Notes under the pieces: generated by a model
Databases searched by the model: none
Told to the model about the DNA's origin: nothing
The model's input: the letters and a program-made list of their open reading frames with translations, nothing else
Origin: Candidatus Poribacteria bacterium
GTDB lineage: Bacteria > Poribacteria > WGA-4E > WGA-3G
Reading direction: 5' to 3'
Length of the DNA: 64,000 nt
Assembly (NCBI GenBank): GCA_965205025.1
Contig: CBDBFU010000032.1
Span: 192,001-256,000, forward strand
Program-made: the position numbers and the translations under genes
Shown here: in pieces, positions 60,106-64,000 of the stretch
Position numbering within the stretch: the stretch's first letter is position 1
Layout: every line of letters starts with the position of its first letter

Positions 60106-60646
60106 CAGAAGAAAAAGAAATAACGGAAGAAACTATCCCATTAGTAATACAGCAACTAAGAGAAAAGTTCAGTGATGGACTACTGTCTGATGCTGAAGAC
60201 AAAAATGGTGTTGTCGTTGTTGTCAGCAAAGACAATTTATATCCTCTTTTAGAATATCTGAAAACGGATCTTGCTTATTCCATGTTGGTTGATATAACAG
60301 CAGTTGATAATTCCAACTTAGAAGAGGAATTAATGAAGTACGATTATGCAAGATTCATGGTCGTCTATCACCTATATACTTTTGAAGGTGAAACACCACG
60401 TATACGTGTTAAAGTGCCTGTCAATGATCAAGATTTAAATGTTCCTTCGCTCGTAAACTTATGGAAAGGTGCAAACTGGTTAGAAAGAGAAACTTATGAT
60501 ATGTTTGGAATTGAGTTTGAAGGACATCCTAATTTAACCCGAATACTTATGCCAGATGAGTTTGAGGACATCCACTCCGTAAAGATTATCCGTTACGAGG
60601 ACGCGGAGAACGAGAACGTTTCAATTTTGACAAACAGAATGCATAA
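60102..60646 (+). CDS. nuoC: NADH-quinone oxidoreductase subunit C (second copy; frameshift near 60567)
   Basis: [26 protein letters not shown]; the shifted frame gives [16 protein letters not shown]...NA and stops at 60646. Confidence 0.92.
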
Positions 60647-60671
60647 TGCAACATTAAGTTGGAGAAATTAA

Positions 60672-61239
60672 ATGAATAAGACTGTTTTTATGCACTACAT
60701 CTATGCTGCATGCCTACTATTTGCTGTTTCTCTTCTATTAACAGGTTGTGAAGTGGTAGAGAAAACAATCATTCTATCCGGTCCATCAAAGAAAGCAATT
60801 GCGGTCATTAATTCAGCGAGTGGAAGTGCACTAACAGGTATGGCGACTTTCACACAAATAGGGGAGACCGTCATGTTTCAAAATTGAGATAAAGAACGTT
60901 TCCCCTGGACTGCATGCTGTTCACATTCACGAAAACGGGGATTGTAGTTCACCTGATGGGAAATCGGCAGGTGGTCATTGGAATCCTACTAACGTTGCAC
61001 ATGGGAAATGGGGAGAAGGAGAATTCCATCTTGGAGACATTGGTAATATAGATGTTGGAGAAGATGGAATAGGTGTTACTGAATTAAGTACAGAACTATG
61101 GGAAATTGGTACCGGATCTATTTATGATGTTGTTGGAAAAGGTTTAATCGTCCATGCTGATCCTGACGATTTCACTTCTCAACCATCCGGAAATGCCGGG
61201 GCACGGATTGGGTGTGGCGTTATTGAATTGGTTGAATAA
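60672..61239 (+). CDS. sodC: Cu/Zn superoxide dismutase lipoprotein (frameshift near 60880)
   Basis: LTGC lipobox; second frame reads GLHAVHIHENGDC, AGGHWNP, HLGDIGNI, IVHADPDD, GNAGARIGCG; mostly missed by the ORF track. Confidence 0.92.
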
Positions 61240-61433
61240 TTGTCACCTAAAAGCCAATCTATTACAATAGACTCAATATCTGTGTATCCAAAAATGTAAA
61301 CTATAGACTTACGATGCAGAAATTTGAATATGAGCTTTTTCTCTTAAAAACTGTTTCTCTTCATTTGGCAAATTAGGTAGATATATTTTCAATATGTTTG
61401 GCTTTATGATAAGTAACTAAAGAATTACATTAC

Positions 61434-63529
61434 ATGAAAAAGTATAGGTTTCTTCTACTTATCTTCACAATTTCCACTTTCCAAATTTTCGGACAGGCAA
61501 CAGCGGCAGACCTAACGAAATGGAATTTGCCTGACGGGGCGTTTGCGCGTATTGGTAAAGGTATCGTAACAGATATCGCCTATTCACCAGATGGAAAGCA
61601 TTTGGCTGTCGCTACTTACATTGGAGTTTGGATATATGACCCACATACTGGCACTGAAAAGCACTTCTCACAGTTAACACGGGAAATGTGACATGGGAAG
61701 TTGTCTATAGTCCTGATGGACAAACACTGGCTGTACTTCAAAGAGATTTATTATTATGGGATACTCAAACATACACTCTTAAAGGAACATTGAAAGGACA
61801 CAGCCACTCGGTCACAGATGTTGTTTTTAGTCCTAATGGAAAGACTATCGCAATCGCGGATATGGATCAAACGACACAACTGTGGGATTTAGAGACCATG
61901 ACTCTCAAGTATACACTTGAAGGCAGCACTTGTGATTACAACCAATGAAGGCATGGTCATGTTCAGTGTAGCTTTTGATCCTATCGGAGATATGGTCGCT
62001 ATTGCATCTGAGGACGGGACTATTCGTCTATGGGATACAGCAACAGGGATACTTAAACAAACGCTTATTGGTTACTTCGGTTTTGGAGATAGTTTTTCTT
62101 TTAGTCAGGATGGAAAAACAATTGCAACTGAAAGTTTCAGCAACGCATTATTGCTATGGGATACAACAACAGGGAGAATTAAATCTACATTTAGAACTTT
62201 CACCAAAGGACCTGTTGTCTATAGTCCAGATGGAAATAAAATTGCTACTATCAGAGGTTCCTACATCATACTATGGGATGCAGTAACAGGTCAAATGCAA
62301 GGGATACTTGAAACAGGGACCGGTTAGAAGTTTCTTGTTTAGTCCAGATGGAAATAATGTTGCAATTGTCAAGAAGAAAGGAACTAACATCCAGAGCATT
62401 TCTCTATGGAATACTGCAGGGAATAAACCCTACGAATTTACTCCTATAGAAGAATGCGGGAATTCTTTATACTCAGATATCCCAGTGCCTGCAGGTAACC
62501 ATAAATACACTTTTGGAGATGCTAATTGGTCGGTGGAAGGTATGACTTTTAGTCCAGATGGACATACATTTGCCATGGTGAATCCAGAAGGCAATGTCCA
62601 GTTGTGGGAATACTGAAACAGGAGAACTCAGACATACTCTTAAACACAACAGTTCTGTTGTAGATGTATCGTTCAGCAAATTTTCTAATTTCAACGATAG
62701 AGCTAATAGAAACGATAATCTCATTACAGTGCATACCAACAAAAATATCCGAATATGGAATACAAACACACAGGTATGCAAACACATTTTTGAACTTACA
62801 AAACACTCTGCAGATATTGAAAGTGTCACCTATAGTCCAGACGGTAATACCCTTGCAACAGCAAGTTTAGATGCACTTTGCATTTTTGGGAAATCCCATC
62901 CGGAATGTTTAAAGGAACATTAGGAGAACATCGTGAGTTATTGATGGGACCGTTTAGTCCTGATGGAAAGACATTAGCTATACGTGAAGGTGAGAAATTG
63001 AAGATTTTTGAAATTACCACAATGAGCTTAAAAAATGAATTCAACGCCGTAGACTATGTACGTTGTATAGATTATAGTCCTGATGGAAAGACAATTGCTA
63101 TTGGAATGCAAATGTATAGCATAGTGGAGTTGTGGAAGACAACTGGTGAGAAGATAGATAGAATCAAATGCGACTATCAGTTAAGAAATGTAACATTTAG
63201 TCCTGATGGTAATACACTTGCTATAGGATTGAGTTACAATACATTACTATACGATGCAAAAACACTGACACGAAAGAATACTATTAAGGAAGACGGGACA
63301 ATCCTCAAATTTAGTGGGGATGGTAAGATACTCGCTAATGGTGGCTCAAATGGGAGAATATTACTCTCAGATACCGAAACTGGGAAAGAAAAATATAGTC
63401 TCACAGGACACGTTGGCACTGTAACCAGTATCGCGTTTTGTTCGGATAACAATACTGTTGCGACAGCAGGCGAAGATGGAAACTGTGCAATTATGGAACC
63501 TTACATCACAAGACTATATAACGAAATAA
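61434..63529 (+). CDS. Secreted WD40-repeat protein (multiple frameshifts)
   Basis: Signal peptide, LPDGAFARIGKG, repeated YSPDG/FSPDG...LWD units across six fragments; the corrected frame ends at TAA 63529. Confidence 0.82.
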
Positions 63530-63554
63530 ATTAGTTCAAATAACTTTAGGATTC

Positions 63555-63732
63555 AAAAAAACTGTTTTATTCAACACTCTCCTTCTTCTCACCATTGTCT
63601 AATTACTTACAACATTCAGACACGAATTTTTCTTTCACGATGATGTTCACCCAGATGGTATTGTCAATATACAGTACTTGGAATTTTTGCAAGCTACATT
63701 TGGACCGAGTGGAGATCAGATCACCGATGTCA
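63555..63732 (+). pseudogene. Decayed dockerin/EF-hand-like gene remnant
   Basis: KKTVLFNTLLLLTIV signal-like stub, then DVHPDGIVNIQYLEFLQATFGPSGDQITDV resembling DVNxDGxVNIxDL; interrupted by a stop. Confidence 0.35.
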
Positions 63733-64000
63733 TAACAGTGAGAATGTTTAGACATTGTATCTCATTCATGTCCCCATTCAAATCGGTAGTACAGTGAATG
63801 AAGACAAATCAACCTATCTATACAGATGAGGTACGATAAAAAGTATGATATGGGATAACACACAATGGATCAGTTCAATCTCTCTATAAGACTTACCATA
63901 AAATTTGGTCGCTGTTTTGCAAAAACTTATATCAACTTTGATAAAATACCGATCTGATATGGTGTTACCTATATGATTAAAATGTCAATAATAATCAGAT

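Overview
AT-rich bacterial chromosomal window. The gene families point to Candidatus Poribacteria (inference): signal-peptide WD40 proteins, LLQNYPNPFNPETWIPY C-terminal domains, PhyH dioxygenases, a sulfotransferase and a trypsin-TPR fusion. The left part (1-21.8 kb) holds a TonB-dependent receptor missing from the ORF track, secreted multi-domain proteins sharing a C-terminal sorting-like domain, catabolic enzymes and a decayed REP/IS630 site. The centre holds an 11-subunit complex I operon (nuoABCDHIJKLMN, no nuoEFG), tRNA-Gln(CTG), a tRNA-like relic and an oxidase/dioxygenase cluster. The right part holds rpsO-pnp, gcvT-(TPR protein)-gcvH-gcvP, trkA-trkH-pdxH, a second divergent nuoABC followed by sodC, and a WD40 gene. 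Best novelty candidates: (1) a 70-aa Sm/SH3-like beta-domain inserted between the two Fe-S motifs of NuoI in the N-module-less complex I, a possible built-in electron-donor docking module; (2) two PhyH-family enzymes with halogenase-type HxA/HxG motifs flanking a CADD-like diiron oxidase cluster; (3) an expanding secreted beta-propeller family. Single-base frameshifts are dense after 57 kb and are probably sequencing errors. All family calls come from motif recognition; no searches were run.
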